Shown here piece by piece: positions 1-9,787 of a stretch of DNA of 64,000 nt; position 1 is the first letter of the stretch, and each line of letters starts with the position of its first letter. The position numbers and the translations under genes were made by a program. The stretch lies in the NCBI GenBank assembly GCA_023381415.1, contig JAMCUN010000012.1, positions 344 through 64,343 on the forward strand, given 5' to 3'. The DNA is from Thermoplasmatota archaeon. GTDB taxonomy: Archaea > Thermoplasmatota > Thermoplasmata > Thermoplasmatales > GCA-001856825. A model generated the notes under the pieces. That model searched no databases, had not been told where the DNA came from, and saw only the letters and a program-made list of their open reading frames with translations.

Positions 1-821
1 CACAGAACGGCAACTGGGATCTGCTGATACAATTTGGACACAGCCCAATACCCAACCTTGGTTCCTTCAAGAACGTAATTTTCGAGGAGATACAAGAGGG
101 CTTGGATTTTGATATTTCTCCCGAGAGGGTCCCTTTCAAATCTCTAATCCTAACATCAAATGTTACTTATTCCAATCAGCTCCCCAAAATCAAGAGAAAG
201 CTCGAGGATTCAGGGATAAAGGTTACTCTGAGGAAGGGAGACTCTAGAGTTTTCTATCCTGGCCAGATACTGGGATGCAATATTTCTTCTGCAAGAGGAG
301 TGGAGGAGAACGTGCTTTTCGTGGGAGAAGGAATGTTCCACCCACTAGGAATAGCCCTTGGTCTGCCTGACAAGAAGGTAGTCGCATTCAATCCAAAAAC
401 TGGCGAGTATATAGACATGGAAGGCGAAAGGAGGAGATTCCTCGCTCAAAGGTACAGCGCAATTGACCTGGCCTCCAGGGCAAATAGATTCGGCATAATA
501 GTTTCCACAAAGATTGGCCAAACGAGGTATTCAATAGCGAGGATCGCGTCAAGGATCCTCGTGGAATCCGGCAGGTCCCCCTTCATTATAACTCTTGATC
601 TCGTGAGGGACGAGGAACTGGTAAATTTTCCAGCAGAAGTATATGTCAACACGGCATGTCCGAGAGTGACTGTAGAAGACTATGGAACATTCTCCAGGCC
701 TGTGATAAGTTTCTATGAGCTCCAGATGGCCCTTGGACTTAAAGATAAAAGCAGATATATATTCGATGAAATTGTTATGACAGATGAGATTGGCAGTTCT
801 GGTTTCGGGAAACGGGACTAA
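1..821 (+). CDS. dph2: Diphthamide biosynthesis enzyme Dph2 (5' truncated by window edge)
   Basis: Frame is open from position 3 (DLLIQFGHSP); GQILGCN, VGEGMFHP and NTACPR motifs. Confidence 0.92.
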   Translation, partial: QNGNWDLLIQFGHSPIPNLGSFKNVIFEEIQEGLDFDISPERVPFKSLILTSNVTYSNQLPKIKRKLEDSGIKVTLRKGDSRVFYPGQILGCNISSARGVEENVLFVGEGMFHPLGIALGLPDKKVVAFNPKTGEYIDMEGERRRFLAQRYSAIDLASRANRFGIIVSTKIGQTRYSIARIASRILVESGRSPFIITLDLVRDEELVNFPAEVYVNTACPRVTVEDYGTFSRPVISFYELQMALGLKDKSRYIFDEIVMTDEIGSSGFGKRD

Positions 822-1371
822 CCTTCAATCTATAATAGATGCGATCAGTGAAGGGTACATCCCCAAAGTCCGGATTTCCTGGGTGATTAGCAGTAGCAGC
901 AAGGCCTATGCCCTTAAGCGGGCAGATGCGAATGGTCTGCAGACGCTAGTAATATCCAAGAAGGAAATGGTGACGGCACTGAAACCGATATTCGAACAGG
1001 TTGACCTCATTGTTCTGGCTGGATTCATATGGATAATTCCAGACGAATTGCTGAATATCAAGCCTATAATCAACGTTCACCCATCCCTCCTTCCATTGTT
1101 CGGTGGAAAGGGGATGTACGGTGCGAAGGTAAGCGAAGCCATACTCGCCAGCGGAATGAAGGTTTCCGGGACGACAGTCCACCTAGTGACAGGAGATATA
1201 GATGGGGGTCCCATAATAATGCAGAAATGTATAGAGGTGATGGATAACGATACTCCGGAAACCCTCCTGGAGCGAACGCATCCACTGGAACATCAGATTC
1301 TTGTAGAAGCTATAAAACAAATGAGTGAAAGAAAATATAAAATAGTGGGGAAAAGAGTAATCTTCCCCTAG
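784..1371 (+). CDS. purN: Phosphoribosylglycinamide formyltransferase
   Basis: SGNGTNLQ, LAGF, INVHPSLLP, GTTVHLV, DGGPII. Confidence 0.95.
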   Translation: MRLAVLVSGNGTNLQSIIDAISEGYIPKVRISWVISSSSKAYALKRADANGLQTLVISKKEMVTALKPIFEQVDLIVLAGFIWIIPDELLNIKPIINVHPSLLPLFGGKGMYGAKVSEAILASGMKVSGTTVHLVTGDIDGGPIIMQKCIEVMDNDTPETLLERTHPLEHQILVEAIKQMSERKYKIVGKRVIFP

Positions 1372-1373
1372 TT

Positions 1374-3116
1374 TTATGCCAGTTTTCTTCCGATAGACTT
1401 TTCGTAGTATGCTATAGTGGCTGCCTTTTCCTGGTCGGTGTATCTCCTGTTGAATTTCTGTTCCTTCAGAGTCATTCCCGTCTTCTCCTCGTAAACCTTC
1501 GGGTCCATAGAGAAGCGTCTCTGGGTTGCATCCCTGTAAAGCTCAGGGATAACGTTGAAGGCGCAGAACGGGACGACCTTTCCGTCAGGCATCGCATAGT
1601 GGATATCGCATCTCTCGACCCTGTCGACGTCGTAGGTGTACGGGTCCATGAAGTGCATGAATCCAACGAACATAGAGTTGTAGTGGAATGCCTTCAGGCC
1701 GTGATAGTCCCCGCCCGTGAATGCACCGAATATCATTTCCCTCATCTTGAATCCTTCAGGTGCGTGCTTTTCGTCTACGAACGTATTGAGTTTCCTAAGC
1801 AGTGCAGTCAGGGCAGATGCTTTCTTCAGTGTCTTGACCCTGGACTCGTTAATGTCCGTGGACAGTTCATTCAGATACTCGAAGAGCCCCTGAACGTCTA
1901 TGAACTTTGTAACGGGGATAATCGATCCGTCAGGCTTCTTGAAAATGTAGGTTCCCATACCGCATGCAAAGTGAATGCTTAGCCTGTAGGTTGGTTTTCC
2001 CTTAAGTGCTTCAACGAAGTTCGTGACTGCTGTCGTGCTCGGCACGGTGAAGAAGTCTTCCCTTCCGATCGCACCATCAGTCTGAGCCTCAATCTTCTTT
2101 ATGCAGCCCGGGATTGTAACCCTCTGCCTCTCCCTCAGCTTGTCCGGCATTCTTCCGACAAGTGATACTGGCTGGAAGTTGACGCTCCTTACGACATCGA
2201 TGTTTGAGAGTCCGAATCTGATGATATCTCCCAGCTCTCCGTCGTTCACTCCTCCTATTACTGTAGGGACCAGGACCACACCCACGTTAACTTTCCTGTA
2301 CGTGTTGAGTGCTTCCGGTATTTCCCAGAAGTTCTTGGGGTTTGACCTGGGTGTCACACCATCGAAGCTGGTATATATGACATTTGATCCAGCGTCGCGG
2401 CATTTCTGTATGAACTCAACATCTCTGGACGCCCTGATGCTGTTAGTATTTAGCTGAACATGTTCATACCCCTCTTCCCTGGCGATCTTGATGATTTCCG
2501 GGAGATCATCCCTCATTGTGGGTTCTCCTCCGGTCAGCTGAACTGCATTTGCTCCCACCGGCTTCTCGTTCCTCATTCTTCTGAGCATCATCCTGATCTG
2601 GTCCTGAGTAGGTTCGTATATCGGGTCGTTTTCCTTAGCGTAGAAGAAGCAGTACCAGCACGAAAGGTCGCATCTGTTCGTAAGTACTACGTTTCCTAGG
2701 CCCGTGTGGCTCTTATGCTTCACGCAAAGACCACAGTGCGTTGGGCAGTTGATCTTCTCTGCTGCAAGGCTGATCATTGGGTTTTCCAGTTTTATACCCT
2801 TATCCAGCCATTTCTTAGCCTTCATGTACATATCATAGTCTTCCCAATACTTCTCCTTCGTGACTCCGTGCTCGGGGCACTCCTTAATCATTCTCACTTC
2901 CCCGCCTTCTGCATAAACTAGTGCGGGTATTTTCATTCTGTCAAACTTGTTCTCTGCGACGCACTCTGGGCACAGAGACGCTGTAACTCTCAAAGCGAGC
3001 ATTCCGGGGTTAATCAAATGGCCGAACTTTTCGTAAACCTCGTCCAAATTCTTCATTTTTGAGTTTGGACTGATTTCGAATTCCGGAGATAGTATGGACT
3101 CGAACGCTTGATCCAT
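1374..3116 (-). CDS. tes: Radical SAM tetraether lipid synthase (Tes / GDGT-MAS, MJ0619 family)
   Basis: N-terminal CPEC..CPEHG, CPTHCGLC, radical SAM CDLSCWYC, HFACG, FMDPYTYDVDRVERC..PFCAFN. Confidence 0.88.
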   Translation of the reverse strand: MDQAFESILSPEFEISPNSKMKNLDEVYEKFGHLINPGMLALRVTASLCPECVAENKFDRMKIPALVYAEGGEVRMIKECPEHGVTKEKYWEDYDMYMKAKKWLDKGIKLENPMISLAAEKINCPTHCGLCVKHKSHTGLGNVVLTNRCDLSCWYCFFYAKENDPIYEPTQDQIRMMLRRMRNEKPVGANAVQLTGGEPTMRDDLPEIIKIAREEGYEHVQLNTNSIRASRDVEFIQKCRDAGSNVIYTSFDGVTPRSNPKNFWEIPEALNTYRKVNVGVVLVPTVIGGVNDGELGDIIRFGLSNIDVVRSVNFQPVSLVGRMPDKLRERQRVTIPGCIKKIEAQTDGAIGREDFFTVPSTTAVTNFVEALKGKPTYRLSIHFACGMGTYIFKKPDGSIIPVTKFIDVQGLFEYLNELSTDINESRVKTLKKASALTALLRKLNTFVDEKHAPEGFKMREMIFGAFTGGDYHGLKAFHYNSMFVGFMHFMDPYTYDVDRVERCDIHYAMPDGKVVPFCAFNVIPELYRDATQRRFSMDPKVYEEKTGMTLKEQKFNRRYTDQEKAATIAYYEKSIGRKLA

Positions 3117-3439
3117 ACCTCCACAAACTATGGGCCTATTAAAGAGCTTTTGTATTTGCGATAACTAAGAAATAGGGAGTTGTCTCTTCCATAGCTAATA
3201 ATTCAATCATTTTATTCGATGGCAACTGAACATCCAGAAACAGGCTATTTTTACCCTGTGTAGAGATATCAAAATGGGCGTCATTGTGCGTATAACATCA
3301 GCTCCAGATGTACCAGGTGAAGGCTAAGGGTTATTTTTCGACATTCATGTCCACCGATGAAATTCGAAGGATAATTAGCGTAAAGAGTGGATGAATTATA
3401 ATATAAACACATTGAAATATAAGATGAGGATGTTATAAA

Positions 3440-4390
3440 GTGGAAATAAGAAAGATCCAGAAAACAGGTGGCAGCACTCTGGTTGTATCACTGCCAAAGG
3501 CATGGTGCCAGAATTTTGACCTGAAGGTCGGGTCAAAGGTAATGCTCAACTATAATGAGAAAGGCGGGATCATGATGGAGCCCTTCGACAGAGGGCAGAG
3601 CTCCTCAGGAGCGACAGTGGACATTAAGAAAAATTCAGATATGGAAAACGAGCTGAGGATGCTCATATCAAAGTATATCCAGGGAGTGAAGAGGATAAAC
3701 ATAAGATCGGAAGACAAGAAGGCAATGGATGACGTGATCAGAAGATTCTTGGAGTACACAATAGGATTCGAGATAGTTGACGAAAAGGGAAACGAAGCTG
3801 TTCTTGAAGATCTCATATCCCTCCCGATGCTGACCTTCGACAAAGGTATGAAAAGGATGGTAACTCTCGTTAGGAGTATAGTTACGGAATCAATAAGTGA
3901 TGAGAAGATACCGATTGAATATGTTCTCCAGAAAGAGAACGAAGTCGACAAGTTCAACATATATATCCAGAGGCTCTTCAGCCAGACGCTCAAGGATTAT
4001 TCAGTGCTGCAACTCAACAAGATATCTTCCTCTCAAGCCCTCTCATACCTGCTTGTATCAAGAATTCTTGAAAGGATCGCCGATCATGGGGTCAGAATTT
4101 ACACTCTCCTTGGAGACAAGAAACTTAAGAATGATGAGATCAGGGAGTACCTCAAGGCATCCATTGACATAATGGGAAGGTCAATGGAATATTTCTTCAA
4201 TAAGGATGTGCACAATTCCAATTTGGAGATTTCCAAGAAAGAATATTTCAAGAATGAAAGGGAGATGATAAATAGATCCCTGAGGGAAAATTCCGAAGGC
4301 ATCCTCCTGGCAGAAATACTTGAGGATGCCGAAAGGATTGCGTTGTACTCGACTGACATATGCGAACTCGTAATGGATTATTTTGAATAG
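3440..4390 (+). CDS. AbrB-PhoU family phosphate-uptake regulator
   Basis: RKIQKTGGSTLVVSLPKAW AbrB-like N-terminus; LERIADH and ERIA PhoU repeats. Confidence 0.88.
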   Translation: MEIRKIQKTGGSTLVVSLPKAWCQNFDLKVGSKVMLNYNEKGGIMMEPFDRGQSSSGATVDIKKNSDMENELRMLISKYIQGVKRINIRSEDKKAMDDVIRRFLEYTIGFEIVDEKGNEAVLEDLISLPMLTFDKGMKRMVTLVRSIVTESISDEKIPIEYVLQKENEVDKFNIYIQRLFSQTLKDYSVLQLNKISSSQALSYLLVSRILERIADHGVRIYTLLGDKKLKNDEIREYLKASIDIMGRSMEYFFNKDVHNSNLEISKKEYFKNEREMINRSLRENSEGILLAEILEDAERIALYSTDICELVMDYFE

Positions 4391-4450
4391 GTGAGCCATG
4401 AAAACGGTCGAAGAAGTTAATGGTATTGTTTTTAATAGAGGTCGACAAAT

Positions 4451-5359
4451 ATGAGTGAATTATTCAAAGGGAATGAGGGTAGGCCCAATACAGCAGTGCT
4501 CAGAAAACTCGTCTCGGAGGGGATCGTAATGGCACCTGGAGTGTTCAACGGCATAAGTGCAATTATGGCTGAAAGGAGGGGGTTCAAAGCTATTTATTTA
4601 TCCGGATCAGGAGTGGCAGGGTCCATGGGCCTGCCGGATCTTTCACTTACGACCCTGAGCGAGGTCATCGAGGAGACAAGGAGAATTAAACTTGTGAGCA
4701 GCCTTCCTCTGATAGTGGACATAGACACGGGGTTCGGAGAGGTTCTGAACGTTGAGAGAACCATAAGGGAGGTGGAGCGGTCTGGGGCGTCTGCAGTACA
4801 TATGGAGGATCAGGTCTTGCCGAAGAAGTGCGGTCATTTAGAGGGAAAGAAGCTGATACAACCTTATGAAATGGTAGAAAAGATTGAAGCTGCTGTCAAG
4901 TCAAAAACCAACAAAGATTTTATGGTAATTGCGAGAACTGATGCAAGGAGCGTAGAAGGGATAGACGGCGCAATAGACAGGGCCAAGCTATATCTCAAGG
5001 CTGGAGCGGATGGAATTTTTCCCGAAGCACTGGAGACCAAGGAGGAGTTCAGAGAGTTCTCAGAAAAGGTTGGCGGCATATTGCTAGCTAACATGACTGA
5101 GTTTGGCAAAAGCCCTTTACTCAGCTCAAAGGAACTGGGTGAGTTGGGTTATAGAATAGTGATTTATCCTCTTACTGCGTTCAGGGGGGTACTGAAGAGG
5201 ATGGATGAGATATACTCAAGCCTGTACAAGAACGGCTCGCAATTACCATAAAATCTTTGTTGGATGACAAGGAAGGAATTTTACGAGGTCATAAACTACC
5301 AGTCCTTCGAAGACGAAGACAGGAAACTGAAACAGAAATCTAAAGAAGTAATGCGGTAA
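4451..5359 (+). pseudogene. prpB: Methylisocitrate lyase with in-frame TAA at 5249-5251; conserved C-terminus continues in frame to 5359
   Basis: YLSG, DIDTGFG, EDQVLPKKCGH, ARTDA, LANMTEFGKSP; after the TAA the frame reads MTRKEFYEVINYQSFEDED, the usual PrpB tail. May be an assembly artefact. Confidence 0.75.
4908..5263. repeat. 28-bp perfect inverted repeat (4908-4935 and 5236-5263) within prpB
   Basis: ccaacaaagattttatggtaattgcgag and its exact reverse complement ctcgcaattaccataaaatctttgttgg. Confidence 0.95.
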
Positions 5360-5369
5360 TCAGCTAATA

Positions 5370-5441
5370 GGGCCGGTAGATCAGCGGAAGATCGCTTGCT
5401 TCGCAAGCAAGAGGCCTCGGGTTCAAATCCCGACCGGTCCA
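5370..5441 (+). tRNA. tRNA-Ala(CGC)
   Basis: GGGCCGG/CCGGTCC acceptor stem with G3:U70, anticodon arm CTTGC-TT-CGC-AA-GCAAG, GGTTCAAATCC T-arm; CCA not encoded. Confidence 0.97.
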
Positions 5442-5531
5442 TTTAGCCGTTTTCCAGGCGTCAAGACCTCTATTTTTAGGAAACAGGTGGATTACGTTCC
5501 AGATTACTCGTATTGGATGCGTAAATGGTTC

Positions 5532-6107
5532 TTAAAGCCAGTTCTTCATATTCGACACAATAACTTCCTTGATTAAGTCAAAGCTCTCATCTGGACTTAC
5601 TTCTAATCCAAATCCACCAGATATTTCCAGAGAAACGAACCCATGTATTGCACTGCGCATGTATCTTGTTGCATGAATAAGTTTTTCCCCGGAGAGCCCA
5701 TAAATTCGCAGTACAGCATAGATGGTGTCAAGAATTTCTCCTGCAACTGCCCTGATTTCTTCGTCGTCTTCAATATCGCTCTCAACTGTTAAACTGTACA
5801 ACGATGGGTGCTCCTTAACGAATGACCTGAATGAATCAGCGAACCTTCTGATAGCCTCATCTCCTGAGACTCCGATGACGGCACGCTGAAACTCCCGCGC
5901 CATGATTTTGAGACCTCTTAATCTCAAAAGTTTAATCAAACCCTCTATACCATCCACGTGTTCATATAGGGACGGTGACTTGACACCAAGTTCCTCGGCT
6001 ATCCTGAATAATGTAAGTTGGGCAATACCTTCTTTATCGGCTATCTTCATGGCAGTCTCTACGACGATTTCAGTGGTAAGTCCAGCTCTAGGTGGCACTA
6101 GCATCAC
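5532..6107 (-). CDS. TetR/AcrR family regulator (WHG-type C-terminal domain)
   Basis: IAEELGVKSPSLYEH HTH; RSAIHGFVSLE C-terminal motif. Confidence 0.92.
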   Translation of the reverse strand: MMLVPPRAGLTTEIVVETAMKIADKEGIAQLTLFRIAEELGVKSPSLYEHVDGIEGLIKLLRLRGLKIMAREFQRAVIGVSGDEAIRRFADSFRSFVKEHPSLYSLTVESDIEDDEEIRAVAGEILDTIYAVLRIYGLSGEKLIHATRYMRSAIHGFVSLEISGGFGLEVSPDESFDLIKEVIVSNMKNWL

Positions 6108-6903
6108 CTATGAAATCAGTTAGGTATGCGATAAATTTTTCGGGACATTCGGCCTGTGGGTAGTGTCCTACACCTTCAATCATGACGCTTTTTGCACCTG
6201 TTCGCGCAGCAATCCAGTCTAATTCTTTTTTGGGGTCTGGAAAGTCAGTGTCTTTGGAGCCCATAACTATCATCGCGGGAACATTCATGTGTTCTATATT
6301 CTCTTCTGCTTTGCTATGGTCGGTGGCAGCCATTTTTTGGAATGCTTTCATCCTTCCCTTGCAACGGAGCATTGTTTTTACAGAGAGACTGTATGTTTCC
6401 ATATCAGGCGGCTTCATCGAAGGATACAGCTTGGAAGACTGATATCTAGTCCATACTGAAGCCCCCCAAGGTTTTGCAAGGGCAAGCCGGAACAAAAGAA
6501 GTTTGGAGCGAGGTATATGGACATTTCGAACGAACGGGGAAACGAGCACAACTTTTGAAATCAGCTCAGGGTGCTGAGCGGACACTATAACAGCTGCACC
6601 AGCAGAGATTGAGTTACCTATAAGGATCACTGATTTCAGATCAAGTTGATTTATGAGTGAAACAATGTCAAGGGCAATTGATGACTCTGAGTAATCTCGC
6701 CACTTAACGGTTGAATCACCCATTCCCCTTAAGTCCATTGTAATAACCCTGTAGCCCATTCTATTCAAATCGTATGTTACAAACCTGTAAACGCTTCTGA
6801 GATCGCCCATCCCAGGAACACAGATGACAGGCGCTCGGTCTCCGCCTGTATCCTCAAAAGAGATCTTTCCCTCCTCCGTAAGAATGTACTTTGCACTTGA
6901 CAT
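6088..6903 (-). CDS. Alpha/beta fold hydrolase
   Basis: PGMGD, DLRGMGDS, GNSISA nucleophile elbow, GHYPQAE. Confidence 0.9.
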   Translation of the reverse strand: MSSAKYILTEEGKISFEDTGGDRAPVICVPGMGDLRSVYRFVTYDLNRMGYRVITMDLRGMGDSTVKWRDYSESSIALDIVSLINQLDLKSVILIGNSISAGAAVIVSAQHPELISKVVLVSPFVRNVHIPRSKLLLFRLALAKPWGASVWTRYQSSKLYPSMKPPDMETYSLSVKTMLRCKGRMKAFQKMAATDHSKAEENIEHMNVPAMIVMGSKDTDFPDPKKELDWIAARTGAKSVMIEGVGHYPQAECPEKFIAYLTDFIGDASAT

Positions 6904-6925
6904 TTTAATTCCACCCTTTGTTTTA

Positions 6926-6958
6926 CCTAACTACATTAGGATATAACCTATTTATATA
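6926..6958 (-). promoter_or_regulatory. TATA box plus palindromic operator upstream of hydrolase-TetR operon
   Basis: CCTAA-ctaca-TTAGG palindrome at 6926-6940; minus-strand TATATAAATA at 6949-6958. Confidence 0.55.
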
Positions 6959-7370
6959 AGGTTTCTACTTCTTGTGTTCTCTTAAAATATAATGAAAAAG
7001 CTTTTCTGATCACCCTTTCATTACAGTGTCAGCTTAGGAGCCCTAGAGGTAGCAGTCTCTAATATTTTCCCCGTCAGGTTGTGCTTAAGATTGGCTGCAT
7101 AAGTATAGGAAAGCACTGCACAATTTGGCAATTTTTCTCTTGTTGCCGCGAACCACAAGTTTTCATGAATATTGACGTATACGAATATCGTATAATGTAT
7201 AGTCGACCATACTCCAAAGTGAGGCAGAGGAATATTCGTGGGGTAAATTGCGTGCAGAACCTAATGGCTCCAGAAACTCTTAATGTTACTATATTAGAAG
7301 TTTTCAAATACCATAATTAGGTGCGGCTGGAAAATGAAAAGATTAAAGGGATCAGATGTAAACTCCAAGA

Positions 7371-7760
7371 TTAACCAAGGTCAGACCTTTTCAAGGAACC
7401 AGTTATGTTACCTTTGTTCCACGATCTATTTTCGACCACCTGGAGAAAGGGTAGTAAACTCTCCCTGACGCTCTTTCCAAAATCGGTAAGCGAGTAAGTG
7501 ACTCCTGAATTCCCCTTGTTCCGCCTTATTAGATCGAACCCCTGAAGTTCCCTCAATCTTTTAGAGATCATCGTTGTACTGGAAGAAGGGATGTCCTTTA
7601 TTATCTCGTTGAAATTCTTTCTGTTGCCCCTATTGCCTATAACACCCAATATCATCATTGTATATTTCTTGCCTATGATGTCCAGAAATGGCAAGGATGG
7701 GTCGATGCAGATTGAAGTTCCCTGATATTCAAGCATGCACGCCTTGCTCTTATTTTTCAT
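7371..7760 (-). CDS. HxlR/DUF24 winged-helix regulator, divergent from mer genes
   Basis: CIDPSLPFLDIIGKKYTMMIL, ISKRLREL, YSLTDFG; start moved to ATG 7760 because the longer ORF overlaps the HMA gene. Confidence 0.85.
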   Translation of the reverse strand: MKNKSKACMLEYQGTSICIDPSLPFLDIIGKKYTMMILGVIGNRGNRKNFNEIIKDIPSSSTTMISKRLRELQGFDLIRRNKGNSGVTYSLTDFGKSVRESLLPFLQVVENRSWNKGNITGSLKRSDLG

Positions 7761-7805
7761 TCTTATATCTTCACTGTCTCTCACCGATCTCACTCCATCG
7801 TAATT

Positions 7806-7870
7806 TGAATCTAGTCTAGTAAAAAAAAGTTTACTTTGCAGTATTAATAATACTGACAATTCTAGATTCA
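7806..7870. promoter_or_regulatory. Nested palindromes in divergent hxlR/mer promoter (likely operator)
   Basis: CAGTATTA-a-TAATACTG at 7839-7855; outer TGAATCTAG (7806-7814) / CTAGATTCA (7862-7870). Confidence 0.6.
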
Positions 7871-8103
7871 TGGAAGAGAAAAGAGCAACTATTAGAGTAT
7901 ACGGAATGACATGTGACGATTGCGTCGAGAAGATCAGCCAGGAACTCAAGAAGCAGGAAGGAGTGATCAGTGCATACGTTTCTCTTAACGAAGGGACAGG
8001 TAGCGTGACGATTGATCCAGATAAAGTGAAGCCCGAGGATTTGCTGAAGAATCCAATATTTTCAAAGGGGTCACATTACAGAGCAATTCTCTTGGATCAG
8101 TGA
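7870..8103 (+). CDS. Heavy-metal-associated (HMA) metallochaperone
   Basis: GMTCDDC motif in a 77-aa protein; stop overlaps the merA ORF. Confidence 0.9.
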   Translation: MEEKRATIRVYGMTCDDCVEKISQELKKQEGVISAYVSLNEGTGSVTIDPDKVKPEDLLKNPIFSKGSHYRAILLDQ

Positions 8104-8108
8104 ACTCA

Positions 8109-9545
8109 ATGCCTGAAGTACAAAAATTTGATCTGGTAATACTTGGAAGAGGAGCGGCCGCTTTCTCAGCAGCAATTAAGGCATCGGAACTGAGCAACGG
8201 AGAGATGACAATTGCTATGGTAGGCACGGGGCCTTTAGGCGGGACTTGCGTGAACTTTGGATGCGTTCCATCCAAGTATCTGTTAGAGGGGTCTCATTCA
8301 GTTTTTTATCCAATGAACCCTAAGATGCAGGGGGTAAGCAAGACATCCGTAGGATTTGATTTTACGAAAATCATGGAAGGCCTGAGATCTTATGTTGCGA
8401 AGGTCAGGAATTCGAAATATGAAAATGTCATTGGGAACTATAGAAATGTAAAACTTCTTACGGGAAAGGGGAAATTCGTAGACAATAAAACAATATCGAT
8501 TTCAGACATGGATGAGAGAGAGATTGCATTGGTCTCAGGATCAAAAGTTATAATTGCTACCGGGTCCCGTCCAAAAGTGCCTAACATAGACGGACTTACA
8601 GAAACAGGTTTCCTGACAAGTGATACGATATGGGAAATCAATGCCCTTCCCGAATCGGTCGCAATAATAGGTGGAGGTGCAATAGGTCTTGAAATAGGCC
8701 AGGCACTCCTTCACTTTGGATCAAAGGTCACTGTAATCGAGAGCCTTAACTCCCTCCTACCGCAAACAGAACATGAAATAGGATATGCACTGAAAAAACA
8801 TCTTGAGGCGGAGGGCATGAAATTCGTAATGGGGGCCAGGGTAAATGAAGTATCAAAATCAGGGAGAATGAAGAAGGTTGAAGTGACTACCAATTTCGGT
8901 AGTGAGACTGTAGAAGTTCATGAAATCGTAGTCGCGACAGGAAGGCGACCTAACACAGAATATCTCAATCTTAAGGCTGCAGGGGTAGATACTGACCAAA
9001 ATGGTCTAATAAAAACTTCGCTAAAAATGCAAACTTCAGCACAAGGGATATTCGCTGCGGGAGACTGTGTTTCAAAGAAAATTTTTCTGGAGACACTAGC
9101 TGCGAGGGAAGGAGTGATTGCTGTAGAGAGCATGTTCGGAGAGGATGTCAGCATTGATTACAATTCAACTGCATGGGCAGTATTCACCAGCCCACAAGTT
9201 GCTGTTGTTGGAATGAAGGAGGATGAGTTTTCAGCAAGAAACGGATCCTGCTCTTGCAGGGTATTTTCTCTTGAGAACCTTACAAAGGCAAGCATAATGG
9301 GGGAAAAAGACGGGTTAATTAAGATGATAGTCAATCCCAAGAACAACAAGATAGTGGGGATGCATATAATGGCTCCAAACGCATCAGACATTATAACTGA
9401 AGGGGCATATTCGATAAAAAATGGCTACACGATAGACGACGTTATATCTACTAGCCACATATTTCCTTCCATATCAGAAGGGGTAAAACTTGCGGCCCAG
9501 TCATTCATAAGGGATATATCCAAGATGGCGTGCTGCGTAGAATAG
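8109..9545 (+). CDS. merA: Mercuric reductase
   Basis: GGTCVNFGCVPSK redox centre, GGGAIG NADPH site, C-terminal vicinal Cys (MACCVE); start ATG 8109 or GTG 8100. Confidence 0.95.
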   Translation: MPEVQKFDLVILGRGAAAFSAAIKASELSNGEMTIAMVGTGPLGGTCVNFGCVPSKYLLEGSHSVFYPMNPKMQGVSKTSVGFDFTKIMEGLRSYVAKVRNSKYENVIGNYRNVKLLTGKGKFVDNKTISISDMDEREIALVSGSKVIIATGSRPKVPNIDGLTETGFLTSDTIWEINALPESVAIIGGGAIGLEIGQALLHFGSKVTVIESLNSLLPQTEHEIGYALKKHLEAEGMKFVMGARVNEVSKSGRMKKVEVTTNFGSETVEVHEIVVATGRRPNTEYLNLKAAGVDTDQNGLIKTSLKMQTSAQGIFAAGDCVSKKIFLETLAAREGVIAVESMFGEDVSIDYNSTAWAVFTSPQVAVVGMKEDEFSARNGSCSCRVFSLENLTKASIMGEKDGLIKMIVNPKNNKIVGMHIMAPNASDIITEGAYSIKNGYTIDDVISTSHIFPSISEGVKLAAQSFIRDISKMACCVE

Positions 9546-9787
9546 TGAGACTATTGAGGCCCTAAGGAGTGACCAGTACGTTAGAATGGCACCTACTTTT
9601 CCTTCCCGCACAGTGCACACTGCGATACTGAGCTCAACTTCCACAAAACTTCGTTGCCTGCAGAATAGAAAATAGTAGGACTGGTTCAGACATTTGGTAC
9701 AACGGAAGGACATTTAAGCAATACCTAACATTCACATCTTAGTTGTCCGGGATAACTTTGACCCTAGATTTTACAAAAAGTCAATCC

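Noticed and set aside
1374..3116. Large radical SAM protein as a novel enzyme
   Set aside because: Motifs match the characterised tetraether synthase family expected in GDGT-producing archaea
5249..5251. Programmed stop-codon readthrough (Sec/Pyl) in prpB
   Set aside because: The stop is TAA, not TGA or TAG, and lies inside the inverted 28-bp copy, which explains it
7074..7320. Two opposing ~78-aa ORFs in the spacer before hxlR
   Set aside because: No recognisable motifs, unprotein-like composition; possibly decayed DNA but unassignable
7036..9577. Weak direct-repeat resemblance flanking the mer module (gagccctagagg at ~7038, gaggccctaagg at ~9556)
   Set aside because: Too short and gapped to distinguish from chance
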